Positions 9,056-19,489 of a stretch of 64,000 nt of DNA are shown piece after piece. The stretch is from IMG/VR virus record IMGVR_UViG_2879462666_000008, positions 1,116-65,115 of that record, one strand, 5' to 3'. The position numbers and the translations under genes are program-made. Origin of the DNA: a virus. Its lineage: Duplodnaviria > Caudoviricetes. The notes beneath the pieces are model-generated. The model made no database searches and was not told where the DNA came from. It saw only the letters and a program-made list of their open reading frames with translations. Numbering within the stretch: the stretch's first letter is position 1; the number at the start of each line of letters is the position of its first letter.

Positions 9056-10357
9056 CTATTGTTCTTCGCTGTGCTTATATTTCGTAGCACCGTAAAGAAC
9101 AAATATGACAGATAAATACTGCAACTTATGTCTTACAGCTGTGCCTGAGTTACTATCTATTATCGAATTAGCCCCAAGTCCAATTATGCAAAAAATCACA
9201 AATGCCCATAATAGGTGTTTGTTTTTAGTAATTTTACCTATCATTTTTCTTTTCCGCAGAACCACCACGGACATTGCCATGAGGAGAAGCCCTTCTATGG
9301 CAGATAAGGCTTGTGGTGTATTACTAACATCCCATAGAAAAGGAGAAAACAGAAAATAAATAAATCTCAATGGTAAATATAGTAGCACATCCAGCCATGA
9401 AGTATAGTTAAGAGATGTTAAATACGCAGCCCCACCATCAGCCCTATAATTCATTTCTCTAGTTATATAGTCTATGTCTAAATAACTTGAGTATCCCAAA
9501 GCATACATGGCCGCTACCGCCCCCAATACCCCAACGATTCCAACCATTATATAAATAGGTTTTAGATACGGATCAGATCTTTTGAAGAGAAAATAAAAAA
9601 TGATTGGAGCTGCAACGACACTAATAATAACTGCATTTTGGGATCTGATCAAAGTATTGCCAATGATTAAGAGAAGGACATTCAAAAGTAGAGACGCCTT
9701 GGGCGTTTTTATCCACTTCAAGAAATTAAGAATAAATAAAACCATCAATAGAACCGCAAGAGAATCTCTCATATTCATTGCAGAAAACATGATGTGTGTG
9801 GGCCAAAATGCTATGAACGATGCCGATATAATTGCAGACTTCTTATCAAAAAGCAGATTTGCTATAGAGTATATGACCACTATTGTTAAAGTACCCCATA
9901 GTACGTTCAGTAGCATCATGAATATAGGATTATACCCAAATATATAATATACTGCTGTCGCCAAGAATGTATAATACCGAACATTCGGAGACTCTATAAA
10001 AGCTCCATCCCAAGAACCGCTATGCCAATTAACTAATAGATGCTGAGCTAACCCATCCCAACCTGAGTCGTACGTATAGGGAAGTATCCCAAAAAAACCA
10101 ATTGCCATAAGAGTTATCAATCTCACGGCGAACCCCATATAGATTATTTTAGAAATATCTTTGTACCTTCCAGCCGTTAGGCTTATAAAGAAAACAATTA
10201 AAGTACACATCACTAAAAAAATAGATAGTGTTTTAATATTTTGGGAGTGCTCCAGGAACACCCCTCCCATATTATATCTCGCAATAAACAAGCCTGAGAT
10301 ACACGCGATCAAAAAACCGAACATAACTACAGTTATCTTTTTCCCTTGAATACTCAC
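9056..10357 (-). CDS. Multi-pass membrane GT-C fold glycosyltransferase (PMT/ArnT-like) or polysaccharide polymerase; low-GC moron
   Basis: About 11 TM helices; YDS loop; YYIFGY...LLNV; FWPTHIMFSAMNMRD; AT-rich DNA. Confidence 0.7.
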   Translation of the reverse strand: MSIQGKKITVVMFGFLIACISGLFIARYNMGGVFLEHSQNIKTLSIFLVMCTLIVFFISLTAGRYKDISKIIYMGFAVRLITLMAIGFFGILPYTYDSGWDGLAQHLLVNWHSGSWDGAFIESPNVRYYTFLATAVYYIFGYNPIFMMLLNVLWGTLTIVVIYSIANLLFDKKSAIISASFIAFWPTHIMFSAMNMRDSLAVLLMVLFILNFLKWIKTPKASLLLNVLLLIIGNTLIRSQNAVIISVVAAPIIFYFLFKRSDPYLKPIYIMVGIVGVLGAVAAMYALGYSSYLDIDYITREMNYRADGGAAYLTSLNYTSWLDVLLYLPLRFIYFLFSPFLWDVSNTPQALSAIEGLLLMAMSVVVLRKRKMIGKITKNKHLLWAFVIFCIIGLGANSIIDSNSGTAVRHKLQYLSVIFVLYGATKYKHSEEQ

Positions 10358-10504
10358 TTCATCACCGTCACTATAATTATTTAAATTACATTTTTTCTTA
10401 CATCATTTTTAATTATAGGACGTTTTGTTTATTATCTCCATCTTTTTCTCCAACAATCACCATTTACAGTAAGTTTCAGTAAGTAATAATTACTCTGCAC
10501 CGCC

Positions 10505-10822
10505 TTACCGCATAATAATATAGGCATCGCTAGCAGAGAAATAATTATCCTCTGGATCGCAATAGATGCCCCCCTGCTCTGTATTCATAGTTATTACTGC
10601 CAATTTAAATTTGGTCATGAGACTTCGCAACTCTTCCAAGAAAGCTTGTTCACTAATATTTTCACTCATATTTTTATCCTTATTTTGTGAAAAACTATCT
10701 TCAATATGAGTGGAAGAGCCACATTTTGTGCAATTTAGTCTAACGCCTGTCTTTAATTCGTCCCCGTCGTATTCATTAATATATTGTTTACAGAATGGGC
10801 AATTAACTTGTAGTTTTCTCAT
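10505..10822 (-). CDS. Zinc-ribbon hypothetical protein (low GC)
   Basis: CPFC...CTKC; AAGGAG RBS. Confidence 0.65.
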   Translation of the reverse strand: MRKLQVNCPFCKQYINEYDGDELKTGVRLNCTKCGSSTHIEDSFSQNKDKNMSENISEQAFLEELRSLMTKFKLAVITMNTEQGGIYCDPEDNYFSASDAYIIMR

Positions 10823-10836
10823 GATAAAACATCTCC

Positions 10837-11109
10837 TTAACAGTCTTCCGCATCTTTAAATTCTTCCAAAGTTCTCAGATATTCATACGCTTGCTTGTCC
10901 CACCGTAAAGAGTCATCTTCTGCTGATGGTGTAAATGAATGTAGCGTTTGTCTTATAACCTTTTTACCTTCCTCGCTCGCACTCTTACTCATATATACGT
11001 CAAGTTGAAAATAGAGGGCGTCTTTGTTTCCTGTGATATCTCCGATATTCAAATAAGCATTCTCCACTACAACGCCAGTGTCAAAATTTAAAGTCATTTT
11101 TAACGCCAT
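10837..11109 (-). CDS. Tail-fibre-associated small protein (possible chaperone)
   Basis: NAYLNI...KQAYEYLRTLEEFKDAEDC; follows the tail spike. Confidence 0.65.
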   Translation of the reverse strand: MALKMTLNFDTGVVVENAYLNIGDITGNKDALYFQLDVYMSKSASEEGKKVIRQTLHSFTPSAEDDSLRWDKQAYEYLRTLEEFKDAEDC

Positions 11110-11129
11110 CTTTATACCCCATTTCTTAA

Positions 11130-12800
11130 TTAAATATGTTGCGTAACAACACATTGCCAAACTCTTGATGCTGGATCAATAGCGGCAGCAGTTATATTCC
11201 CAATACGAATACTGACAGTATCAACATCGCTCACATATGCGCCACCAAATATAAGTCCGTCCTCTGGTTTCCCAATGGGCGAAGCGTCCACCTTATCACC
11301 TAACTTAGCGCCCATGACAGTAATTGTCTGCTCAGCTGTGGAATGGGCTGGAATGGAAGGAAAGTCTATGGTTTTAAGTCCGCGCATATGACCAGCAATT
11401 GCTGTTCCGTTGTTAATTTTTAAACGCATGACTTCTCGGGTGATGATCCCTGCTCCGTTATGACTATCCTTTATGCTTGATGATGCAGAAGTACCCATCA
11501 ACTTGTAATTAAGAGAACGGTCAGAACCGTCTACATATTCGTCCCAATATCCGCTTATAGATTGATTTAATCTATAAGTTCGTGATAAAGCGAATGGATC
11601 TTTAAAAAAGTAGGGAAGTTCAGAAAGGGCGCTTGTTGAACCCAAAGTAAGATTTGATGTGCCGTTGTTTACAACACCGTCATTGACTACACCGCCACGA
11701 GCGCCAAGAATGAGGTTTTGTTTAGAACCTGCATCCATAACAAATTCTCCGCCTATGTTTGCTTCTGTATATTGAGCCACAAACACATTGCTGACAGCTC
11801 CTGATAGTAGATGTACACCGGGTCCGTGGTTGTTTTGACATGCAACCCCTAAGAAAGTGTTAGCGTAAGCATTACCGAGCACTAATCCTCCTAACTGGTT
11901 TCCTCTTGCGTCTATGCTGAATAATATTCCTGCGTTTGTATCTGCCATTGGATCGTCGCTGTGAACATACATACCGTATCTGCCAGCGTCAAGAGTTATG
12001 ATATTTGGTACGCGCCAGAGATTTGCGTTAACCCCAATACCTCCTCCAATTCTTAAATTATCTCTCCCCATCGAGTTGATAGATACGTCTATGCAACAGC
12101 GCGCTGCTTCAACACAAATACCGTCCCCGCCATTGCCAGGCAAACCGACAACACCAATTTTTTTTATGGATGAACCATTAGCTTTTAGTGTAATTGCATT
12201 AAAATCACCATCTTTAAGAATTGAAGAAGATGGATAAGAGCTTGGATTTACCGCATTAGTCGCATATCCCGAACCTTCTAAAGATGTTTGTTTAGTAAAT
12301 ACCAGTGGTGATCTAATCAAAGCTACACCGGGAACAATGATTGCTCCTCCTGCTGCGGGAAGTGCATCGTGTGCTGCCATAATCGCCGGAGCATCGTCAG
12401 TGACTCCATCCAGAGCAGCACCAAAAGAACGTATGTTAAGCGCAATATCCGCCAACTGCGCACTAACGCTCACCAATTCCGCGCTATGATCCGCCACATT
12501 CTCCCGCAGCGCATCCGCATCGTACGCCGTAAAGTACCGCGCCACTCCTACGCCGACTCCCCACGCCTTTGCCGCCGTCCCGCTAAATCCGCGCGTTACT
12601 CCCGTTAGTTCATTTCCGCTTTTACCTTCGTACCTTACCGTTTCCGCGCTCTCATCTACGCCAATCGTCGCAATATTCGGAGCGTCCGGTAATTTCGACG
12701 CATCGAGCAACGTAATTGTCGTCTGAATATCCGTAATTGCTGCCGATAGTTCCGTCGCTGGCGAATTTGCTGTGGCAGGAAACATTTCCATTTGCGCCAT
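11130..12800 (-). CDS. Tail spike / receptor-binding protein with right-handed beta-helix (pectate-lyase-like)
   Basis: NIRSFGAALDGVTDDAPAIMAA...GGAIIVPG; Gly/Asn-rich repeats. Confidence 0.85.
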   Translation of the reverse strand: MAQMEMFPATANSPATELSAAITDIQTTITLLDASKLPDAPNIATIGVDESAETVRYEGKSGNELTGVTRGFSGTAAKAWGVGVGVARYFTAYDADALRENVADHSAELVSVSAQLADIALNIRSFGAALDGVTDDAPAIMAAHDALPAAGGAIIVPGVALIRSPLVFTKQTSLEGSGYATNAVNPSSYPSSSILKDGDFNAITLKANGSSIKKIGVVGLPGNGGDGICVEAARCCIDVSINSMGRDNLRIGGGIGVNANLWRVPNIITLDAGRYGMYVHSDDPMADTNAGILFSIDARGNQLGGLVLGNAYANTFLGVACQNNHGPGVHLLSGAVSNVFVAQYTEANIGGEFVMDAGSKQNLILGARGGVVNDGVVNNGTSNLTLGSTSALSELPYFFKDPFALSRTYRLNQSISGYWDEYVDGSDRSLNYKLMGTSASSSIKDSHNGAGIITREVMRLKINNGTAIAGHMRGLKTIDFPSIPAHSTAEQTITVMGAKLGDKVDASPIGKPEDGLIFGGAYVSDVDTVSIRIGNITAAAIDPASRVWQCVVTQHI

Positions 12801-12821
12801 CTATTCGTTCCCCTCTCGTAA

Positions 12822-13226
12822 TTACTGCGTGAATTTAACGGATGTACTCGATACCGCGAATCTCGGACGGTCGCCTACGAGTAATGTACGCGGATTATCG
12901 AGCGGTTTCGTCCACAAAAGACTTCCGCCAGTCGCCGCCGTACGTAATCCGATATGCGTTACGAGTCCCCAATCCGCAGTAGCAACGGGGAACACGACTT
13001 CTGCGGTATTTGCTACGGTTTGCTGTCCGCTAACGAGCGTCGGCGCTCCGAATGTAACCGCCTGCCGTGCATATGAGCCTCCGCTTACCTCCGTTCCGGT
13101 ATCCGCCGCCGTTGGGTCCGATTTATATAGCGCAATGTAAACGGTAGCCGGTCCGGTAAACGCCGTATTGCGTAAAGCTGCGTTAAGTAGCGCCGCGCTC
13201 AGATAGTTCGAAATTTGCATCGCCAT
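12822..13226 (-). CDS. Virion baseplate/tail protein
   Basis: YIALY..DP...GTEVSGGSYARQ...FP.ATADWG.VTH.GL..AATGG. Confidence 0.8.
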   Translation of the reverse strand: MAMQISNYLSAALLNAALRNTAFTGPATVYIALYKSDPTAADTGTEVSGGSYARQAVTFGAPTLVSGQQTVANTAEVVFPVATADWGLVTHIGLRTAATGGSLLWTKPLDNPRTLLVGDRPRFAVSSTSVKFTQ

Positions 13227-13321
13227 TATTCGTTTCCTCCTATTATTGCGCTAAGATCGCGCGGTTTGATCAACGCAAAAAAGGCCCGGCATAATTGCCG
13301 AACCCTCCGCGTTTCCTTCGT

Positions 13322-13882
13322 TTAATCTTCGAGCGTATACTCGTTCGTTAGCGTAAATCCGTTAACTGTCGTAACTCCCGTATTCGCCATCGTAATAACT
13401 GGTCGCGCCCTCACATCCGCTTCCGACTCGATCGCCACCGCTTGCCATGACGCATCTATCGTATACTCCGTAAGCACTTCGCTTCCGGTCGGCCACGGAT
13501 CATTCATGCGCAGATTAACGTCAATCAAACGCGATCCTGTTGCACCGAGCGCGAGCGTACCTGCGTAAGTAGCTACGTAGTACTTGCCGGGCATGTCCGC
13601 AAACTCTAGCGTAATCTCTCCGCGTTTAGCGTTAAACGTCCGCGCTAGATACGCTAATGTCCGATGAAACTCCGCAGCCGATGACGTAATCTCGAACGTT
13701 AGTCCGATCGTACGCGGTCCATAGGAAGCGCCGAAATCAACGACGCCGTCTGTATTCGCGAGCTTGACCGTATTGTCTTCGGTTTCTGGCAAGACAGGTA
13801 AGTTACGTTCATATAGCGCGGCTCCGTACTCCGATAACCAAACGCCATTTACCGCTACGTCGTACGAAAAAGACGTAGTCAT
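13322..13882 (-). CDS. Distal tail protein (Dit)
   Basis: Directly after the TMP; DG..DFG..YGPRTI, DMPGKYY, DPW. Confidence 0.8.
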   Translation of the reverse strand: MTTSFSYDVAVNGVWLSEYGAALYERNLPVLPETEDNTVKLANTDGVVDFGASYGPRTIGLTFEITSSAAEFHRTLAYLARTFNAKRGEITLEFADMPGKYYVATYAGTLALGATGSRLIDVNLRMNDPWPTGSEVLTEYTIDASWQAVAIESEADVRARPVITMANTGVTTVNGFTLTNEYTLED

Positions 13883-16800
13883 TACTCCTTCACCCCCATC
13901 GATGCTAATCGGCTGACTGCGCGCGCTTTTTCATCATAATACATACCGATATCTGCCTTACCTGTCAGCGTCACATTCTCCGCTCCCATATCAATGTTAT
14001 TCGTAATATAAGTCGGGGCTGCCGGAGATTGCGCAACCATCCGCGGATTTGATACAGCGTCCCATAACGTAGCTTGCATTGCGGCGGTCAACACCATTTC
14101 GCCTCCGTGTACTATCGCAGGAACCGCCTCACCTACCGCGCCTTGGACGATGCCCCCGACCTTAAACGCCTGCAGTTTACCGGTATCTACGCCTATTCCG
14201 TACAGATCGCGAATCGCTTGATTCTCCGTTTGCAAACGCGACATCTCCGTTGTATTACCGGACTTCTTCGCCACGTCATATGCGTCCTTATTCGAGTTGT
14301 AGCGCGCCAAATCTGCTGCCTTTTTCGACTCCGCATTAATCTGTGTAATCGACGCCATCTTTGCGCGATACTCTGTCAGGAATCCGTCGAGCTCCGTAAG
14401 GATCGTATTATTCGCGCTGCCACTTGCGCTAACACGATACGCTGCGATTCCGTCCTCTATCGACTTGATATCGCCTGAGTACGCATCAAATGCCGCCGTT
14501 AATGCGTCGTACTGCGCTTCGGCTGCGGTCTTCTCCGCTTCGTACGCTTTCGTCTTCGCATCCTTTTCGTCCTTAAGCGCGTCTTGCTGATCCGCGAGCG
14601 TACGGTCGGTTAATTCGCGGTCGTGTTCGAGTTGCATGCGCGCGATCTCTTTAAGAAGTGCGTCACGCTCCGCTATTCCTTCCGGACCGACCGCGCTCGA
14701 TAATTCCGCTAAGCGCGTTTGCTTCTCCGCTAATTGCGTCGCGTAGTCGGCGTCAACATTAAGCTCTTTGTTGGCGTCACGTAAGCGCTGGATAGCGTCA
14801 ATCCGCGCGTCATAATCGGCTAACGCGGCGTCCTTACGTTCTTCGATCGCCTTGAGTTCCGCGTCTTTTGCGTCCTTAATTGCGGCTTTCTGCGTCTTAA
14901 CGAGATCGGTCGCGAGATCCTGCGTCAGCTTCGTAAGAGATTTACGAAGGTTGTAGAGTTGTTCGTCAGCCTGCGCGTAATACTCCGAGTCCTTCGAATA
15001 CTGTTCGCGTAGCTTTGTCCACTCCTCGATTTTGTATGCTGTGACATCCGCCTCTGCCGCGCCAGAGTCTTCGAGCCTACGTACTTCTTTCGCGATTAAA
15101 TCCACGCGTTTATCATACGTGTCCTTTGTCTCTTTTACCGTAGCTGACGCGAGGTCCTTACGGGCTTGGCGCGCTTTCTCGTCCGCCTGCTTATAGTACT
15201 CGGAGTCCTTTTCGTAGCGTCCACGAACGTTTTGCCACAGGTACAGCTTTTGGTTAGCGATCTCGCGTTCCGTCTTGCCCGCGTCTTCCATACGGCGTGT
15301 TTCCTGTTCGATCGCGGTCGTCGAGAATTCAAATCGCGACTGTACGGTGTCTTCTCCGAGCCGCTTAAGTTGGAGAGCTAACGTCCGCGCATCGTCTACG
15401 GACTCCTTTAAGAACGTAGCGTGTTTCTTCTTAAGCGCATCATATTTCGCTATCTGTTGATCCGCCGTCATATCGTAGAAATCCGCTTGGAACTGGACGG
15501 TCTTTAGTTCTGCTTCGTATGCTGCCTTACGCATTTCAGCAGCGAGTTCCGCCGGAGTTTTACCCGTCTTTTCCTTCTTCTCCTTCGCGGCTTTCGGAGC
15601 TTTCGGAGCATCTGGCGTGATGATATCCTTCGTGAACGTTTGGGTTCCCGTTTCAACCTCGGCTGCCAGCTTTTCGAGATCACGAGCTGCGTCGGAATAC
15701 TTCTGTTGCTCTTTAAGCGCGTCGTCTTGTTGCTTTTCAAGTTCTTTAGATGCTCCGGACCCCACCATCATCTCCAGCGCGCCATTAGTCACGATGTCCA
15801 TAACGTTGCCCGACTTTTTGCGTTTGTCAGCCTCCGCCTTTGCCGCCATATCTTCCTCAAAAGTTCCTGCCTTTGTACCGGATACGGCTGCCATCGCCTT
15901 TATTAGCCGCGTGTAGTTATCAATTTGCGTCTGTATTGATTTCGCTACCGCTTCACTTTCTTTAGCAGAATTACGTATACGCGCCACGCTGTTATCGGCG
16001 GCCGTGTCTGTAAAACGCTTGTCCGTCGCAATTTGGTCGATAATTACATCGATGTTACTAGCGCGAATTCTTCCGTCCTCGCCTTGTTGAGCGTTCAATT
16101 CCGGATACTGCTCGACTAACTTCTGCGTAATATCAACGAGGCGGCTTTTCTGCGATGCGTCCAGATCCTGCGCTGCGTTAAGCGTTTTAAATTCCGCAGC
16201 CATTGCGGACATTTCCTTTAGCGTCTGCTTTTTCGTAGCAAGGGCTGCATACTCCGCTTTATCCTGAGCGGATATCGCGATAACACCTTTATCTATGACC
16301 GCGTTCATTTCTCCGAGCTTCTGCGTCGCATTCTCTACGCCAGTGTAACCGAGGTCTTCGAGCTTATCGTCGAGTATACTGATTGCATCGATAATATCGG
16401 GAAGTTCCGTATACATTTCCGGAAGTGCTGTGCCTGCCTTTTGAGCCGCCTGAAGCTCGTTTAACCGCTCTTGTAGCCGCGCGCGTTCCGCGAGGACAGG
16501 CGTTAGCTCCTCCGTTTTCGCCTTCAACTCTTCGACATCCGCAGCCGTGCGATCAATATCCCGCTTATTTAATACCGCGTTAAGATCTGACTGAGCCTTC
16601 GCGAGTTCCTTCGTAGCATTAGCGGCTTCTGATTGCGCAGTCTTTAGGTAGGCGAAACCTCCCGCTAACGCGCCGACGGCTAACGTAATCCAGCCGATAG
16701 GTCCCGCCGCAAGCTGCATCTCCTTCAAACCGGCCGCAATGAGCTTGAGAAGTGGCGGTACAGTCGCGAGTATTGCAACGAGTCCTAATACACCGACCGA

Positions 16801-17673
16801 ACTCGCAGCAGCAGCAGAAACAAGCGCTTTGTTCTCGGTGGTAAACTCAGCGAGCGCAATGATTGTCGGAGTCAACGTTTCGAGCACGGTTTTAAACAGT
16901 GGTGTGAACGCTTGTCCGAAAGCTACCGTCGCTTCATCCGTGGCAGCAGTAAACCGCGCCTGTGTGCCGGTAAAATCCTGCATCGCTTGGTCCGCATTTC
17001 CGGTGAATATCGCGCCCTCGTTGATAAATCCGTTATATGCGGCCTGGATCTTCTGCGCATCGGTCAATCTGCCCGCCGTCGTTCCGATCGTTCGTGCGTA
17101 TTCCTTTTGCATAACGGATAGATTCTTCGTAACGCCGACCGCATCAGACAGTACCGAGTTACCGTTCTTGATACCATCAAGTGACGCTTGGATAGCGCCG
17201 CCCATTGTGTAGAAGGATTGTCTATTGTAGGCTGCTGAATCCGCGAGGGAGTTAATGAGCTTTGTAGACTGCTCCAACCCTAAACCGGTTGACATGGCGG
17301 TTTTATACGCTAATACCGATTCGGTCAGAGATAAGAACCCACGCTTGGCTAAATCCTGCGCGGCCTGTTGCGCATCTTTCGTCTGAACTCCGAAGCCCTT
17401 TGCCACAGCGTTTAAACCTTGAAAAGCGTTGTACAGCTTCGTAGCTGCGTCAACCGCTTGCTTCATCTCGGAAACGAGCTTCGTAAGGGCCGCGCCTGCA
17501 CCTATCCCGGCTAACGCGGAAGACATATCGCGCATGCCGTCCGCACCGCGTCTGCTTTGATCTTCGAGTTCCTGTATCCGCCGCCTCGCTTCGTCTAAGT
17601 TACGCCGAAACTCCGCTATATCAAGCGTAATCCGCGCCTGAATTTCACCTACGTTTGTACCGCCCGTACTCAT
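13882..17673 (-). CDS. Tail tape measure protein
   Basis: 1263 aa, helical, central hydrophobic segment, position in tail module. Confidence 0.93.
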   Translation of the reverse strand: MSTGGTNVGEIQARITLDIAEFRRNLDEARRRIQELEDQSRRGADGMRDMSSALAGIGAGAALTKLVSEMKQAVDAATKLYNAFQGLNAVAKGFGVQTKDAQQAAQDLAKRGFLSLTESVLAYKTAMSTGLGLEQSTKLINSLADSAAYNRQSFYTMGGAIQASLDGIKNGNSVLSDAVGVTKNLSVMQKEYARTIGTTAGRLTDAQKIQAAYNGFINEGAIFTGNADQAMQDFTGTQARFTAATDEATVAFGQAFTPLFKTVLETLTPTIIALAEFTTENKALVSAAAASSVGVLGLVAILATVPPLLKLIAAGLKEMQLAAGPIGWITLAVGALAGGFAYLKTAQSEAANATKELAKAQSDLNAVLNKRDIDRTAADVEELKAKTEELTPVLAERARLQERLNELQAAQKAGTALPEMYTELPDIIDAISILDDKLEDLGYTGVENATQKLGEMNAVIDKGVIAISAQDKAEYAALATKKQTLKEMSAMAAEFKTLNAAQDLDASQKSRLVDITQKLVEQYPELNAQQGEDGRIRASNIDVIIDQIATDKRFTDTAADNSVARIRNSAKESEAVAKSIQTQIDNYTRLIKAMAAVSGTKAGTFEEDMAAKAEADKRKKSGNVMDIVTNGALEMMVGSGASKELEKQQDDALKEQQKYSDAARDLEKLAAEVETGTQTFTKDIITPDAPKAPKAAKEKKEKTGKTPAELAAEMRKAAYEAELKTVQFQADFYDMTADQQIAKYDALKKKHATFLKESVDDARTLALQLKRLGEDTVQSRFEFSTTAIEQETRRMEDAGKTEREIANQKLYLWQNVRGRYEKDSEYYKQADEKARQARKDLASATVKETKDTYDKRVDLIAKEVRRLEDSGAAEADVTAYKIEEWTKLREQYSKDSEYYAQADEQLYNLRKSLTKLTQDLATDLVKTQKAAIKDAKDAELKAIEERKDAALADYDARIDAIQRLRDANKELNVDADYATQLAEKQTRLAELSSAVGPEGIAERDALLKEIARMQLEHDRELTDRTLADQQDALKDEKDAKTKAYEAEKTAAEAQYDALTAAFDAYSGDIKSIEDGIAAYRVSASGSANNTILTELDGFLTEYRAKMASITQINAESKKAADLARYNSNKDAYDVAKKSGNTTEMSRLQTENQAIRDLYGIGVDTGKLQAFKVGGIVQGAVGEAVPAIVHGGEMVLTAAMQATLWDAVSNPRMVAQSPAAPTYITNNIDMGAENVTLTGKADIGMYYDEKARAVSRLASMGVKE

Positions 17674-18071
17674 CTTAGCGCCCTCCTTACTGCATCCGCG
17701 ATAAACTGTTTATATATCCGTTCATTCGTTCGGAGTGGTCGCGATAAGAACTTTGGACGAGTGCCGGGCGTTGTCGGATTCTTATACTCGCCCATCTCGT
17801 GTACACGTAGCGCATAATTAAAGCGCGCACCAGAGGAACCCGTTTCCGTTGCGGAGTAAAATACCTCACCGTATATCCGACCGTCCCTATTTACGACTTC
17901 CTTGCCGGCTGTCATCCGCAATGTGCCAGTATCTAACGGAGCCTCATTACGTGATGCCGCGAGTAGGTGGTCGGTAGCGTCATGTAATCCGACGGTCGCC
18001 CCGTCGAGTACTCGCGTTTTCTGACGCTCTAAAAACTGACGTAGCGCCGCCGTTTCCATCCGAAAATCCAT
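17670..18071 (-). CDS. HK97 gp10-like tail completion protein
   Basis: APLDTGTLR, NYALRVHE, PKFLSRP. Confidence 0.8.
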   Translation of the reverse strand: MDFRMETAALRQFLERQKTRVLDGATVGLHDATDHLLAASRNEAPLDTGTLRMTAGKEVVNRDGRIYGEVFYSATETGSSGARFNYALRVHEMGEYKNPTTPGTRPKFLSRPLRTNERIYKQFIADAVRRALR

Positions 18072-18078
18072 CCGTCCG

Positions 18079-18450
18079 TCACACCCTCCCCGCGCTCATC
18101 TGATCGCGTAATAGTTTAAATCCGGCTTCGTCAAACTTCGGCTTGCTCTGCGTCGCGAATCCGGCTTCACGCTGTAATCCCGTCGTAAACTTGCGGAAGC
18201 CTTCTACGTCAGTCGAGTGAGCATTTACGTTAACGTTTAGCGCGTCCAACATTTCGCCAGCCTTGTGCCGCTTAACCGCATCCAATACGTCAAGTAAGTC
18301 CATAACGTAATAACCGCGCTCGAACTCAACTTGCGTTTTACCGAGGCGAACGGCTGCGTCTATGAAAAACTCATCTATCGTTACTCGGCGCTCGCTTCCG
18401 CTGTTCCCGTTTGCAGGTTCGCTAGTTGCAGAGCGCCTTGCACGTTTTTT
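18079..18450 (-). CDS. Tail assembly chaperone GT extension (-1 frame)
   Basis: The -1 frame is open from the slippery site A AAA AAC at 18444-18450 into ORF 18079..18303. Confidence 0.8.
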   Translation of the reverse strand, partial: KKRARRSATSEPANGNSGSERRVTIDEFFIDAAVRLGKTQVEFERGYYVMDLLDVLDAVKRHKAGEMLDALNVNVNAHSTDVEGFRKFTTGLQREAGFATQSKPKFDEAGFKLLRDQMSAGRV

Positions 18451-18818
18451 AAGAGACCGCCGAAATTGTTAACGCGTGCAACGGCTGTAAAATACGCCAT
18501 CAATTCGTCAGGCGCGACGTTTGCCTCGATCCACTCCGGTTCAAATCCGGTCAATACGCTGACCACTTGAACGACGTCATTTAGCGCGTGCTCGATAAAC
18601 GCGAATAAGTATGCTGCGCGGTTTTCGGCTGGCGCTGACATAACGCCCATAATCAATTCCGGCAGCATATTAACAGCGGCAAATAATTCGCGCCATTGAC
18701 CGACCGGAACCTTCCGCACCTTTACCGTTCTGTCTCCGAGCTGGATTACGTTGGGGTCAATTACCGGAACTTCTGGCGCGGGTACTTCCGCTTTATCTGA
18801 ACGCTTAAAAATCTGCAT
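18381..18818 (-). CDS. Tail assembly chaperone G
   Basis: Between the major tail protein and TMP; carries the slippery heptamer. Confidence 0.8.
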   Translation of the reverse strand: MQIFKRSDKAEVPAPEVPVIDPNVIQLGDRTVKVRKVPVGQWRELFAAVNMLPELIMGVMSAPAENRAAYLFAFIEHALNDVVQVVSVLTGFEPEWIEANVAPDELMAYFTAVARVNNFGGLLKNVQGALQLANLQTGTAEASAE

Positions 18819-18877
18819 TATATTCGCTCCTTATAAAGAAATAGAGGCGCAATTAAGCGCCCCTTTCAACGTGATAT

Positions 18878-19414
18878 TTACGGTGTTGCAGTGATTGTTT
18901 CGTCACCGAGAATCGCAATAACTCCGTCTTCATCCGGAGTTGACCGGAGTGTTACGTTTGTGATGCGCTCATTTTCGTTGTTGAACGAATAAGATAAATC
19001 CGTCTCGCTGTACGCCAGCGGAATCGTAATCCAAAAGTCCGGATCAGTCAGTTTCGCCAATGGCTTAATGACGGCTTGCTTTGCGGTGTCAATCAAGTTA
19101 AGGCCTACGCCAGTCTTAACAACAACCTTCGAACCACCTGCGCCTGTTACAACTTCCGCGCCCGCCATAATCTTCGGAATAGTTGGCAGATCATACTCGC
19201 CGAACGGTACCGTCACGCTTACATTACGTCCGGTTACGCGCTTACCGACGATGGTCTCACCGGTTTGGTCCGTCTTCTGTTCGCGATAAGTAGTCTCCGT
19301 TGTGAAGACGACGCCGCCGATGGTCGTTTCGAATTTGACCGCCGTTAGTCCTGTGCCGTATTCGACTATCGCCGGGCCTACCTCAATCTTGCTAAAGTTT
19401 TGTGACATTCTCAC
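18878..19414 (-). CDS. Major tail tube protein
   Basis: IEVGPAIV...TIGGV...DQTGET; position. Confidence 0.8.
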   Translation of the reverse strand: MRMSQNFSKIEVGPAIVEYGTGLTAVKFETTIGGVVFTTETTYREQKTDQTGETIVGKRVTGRNVSVTVPFGEYDLPTIPKIMAGAEVVTGAGGSKVVVKTGVGLNLIDTAKQAVIKPLAKLTDPDFWITIPLAYSETDLSYSFNNENERITNVTLRSTPDEDGVIAILGDETITATP

Positions 19415-19489
19415 ATGTCCCCTTATATTTATATTTGTGTACTGTGTAGCACAACAAAAAGAGCCGCCCGATAACGGACAGCCCCACGT

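Noticed and set aside
6235-12800. Diversity-generating retroelement or invertible tail-fibre cassette
   Set aside because: No reverse transcriptase, invertase or template/variable repeat pair found
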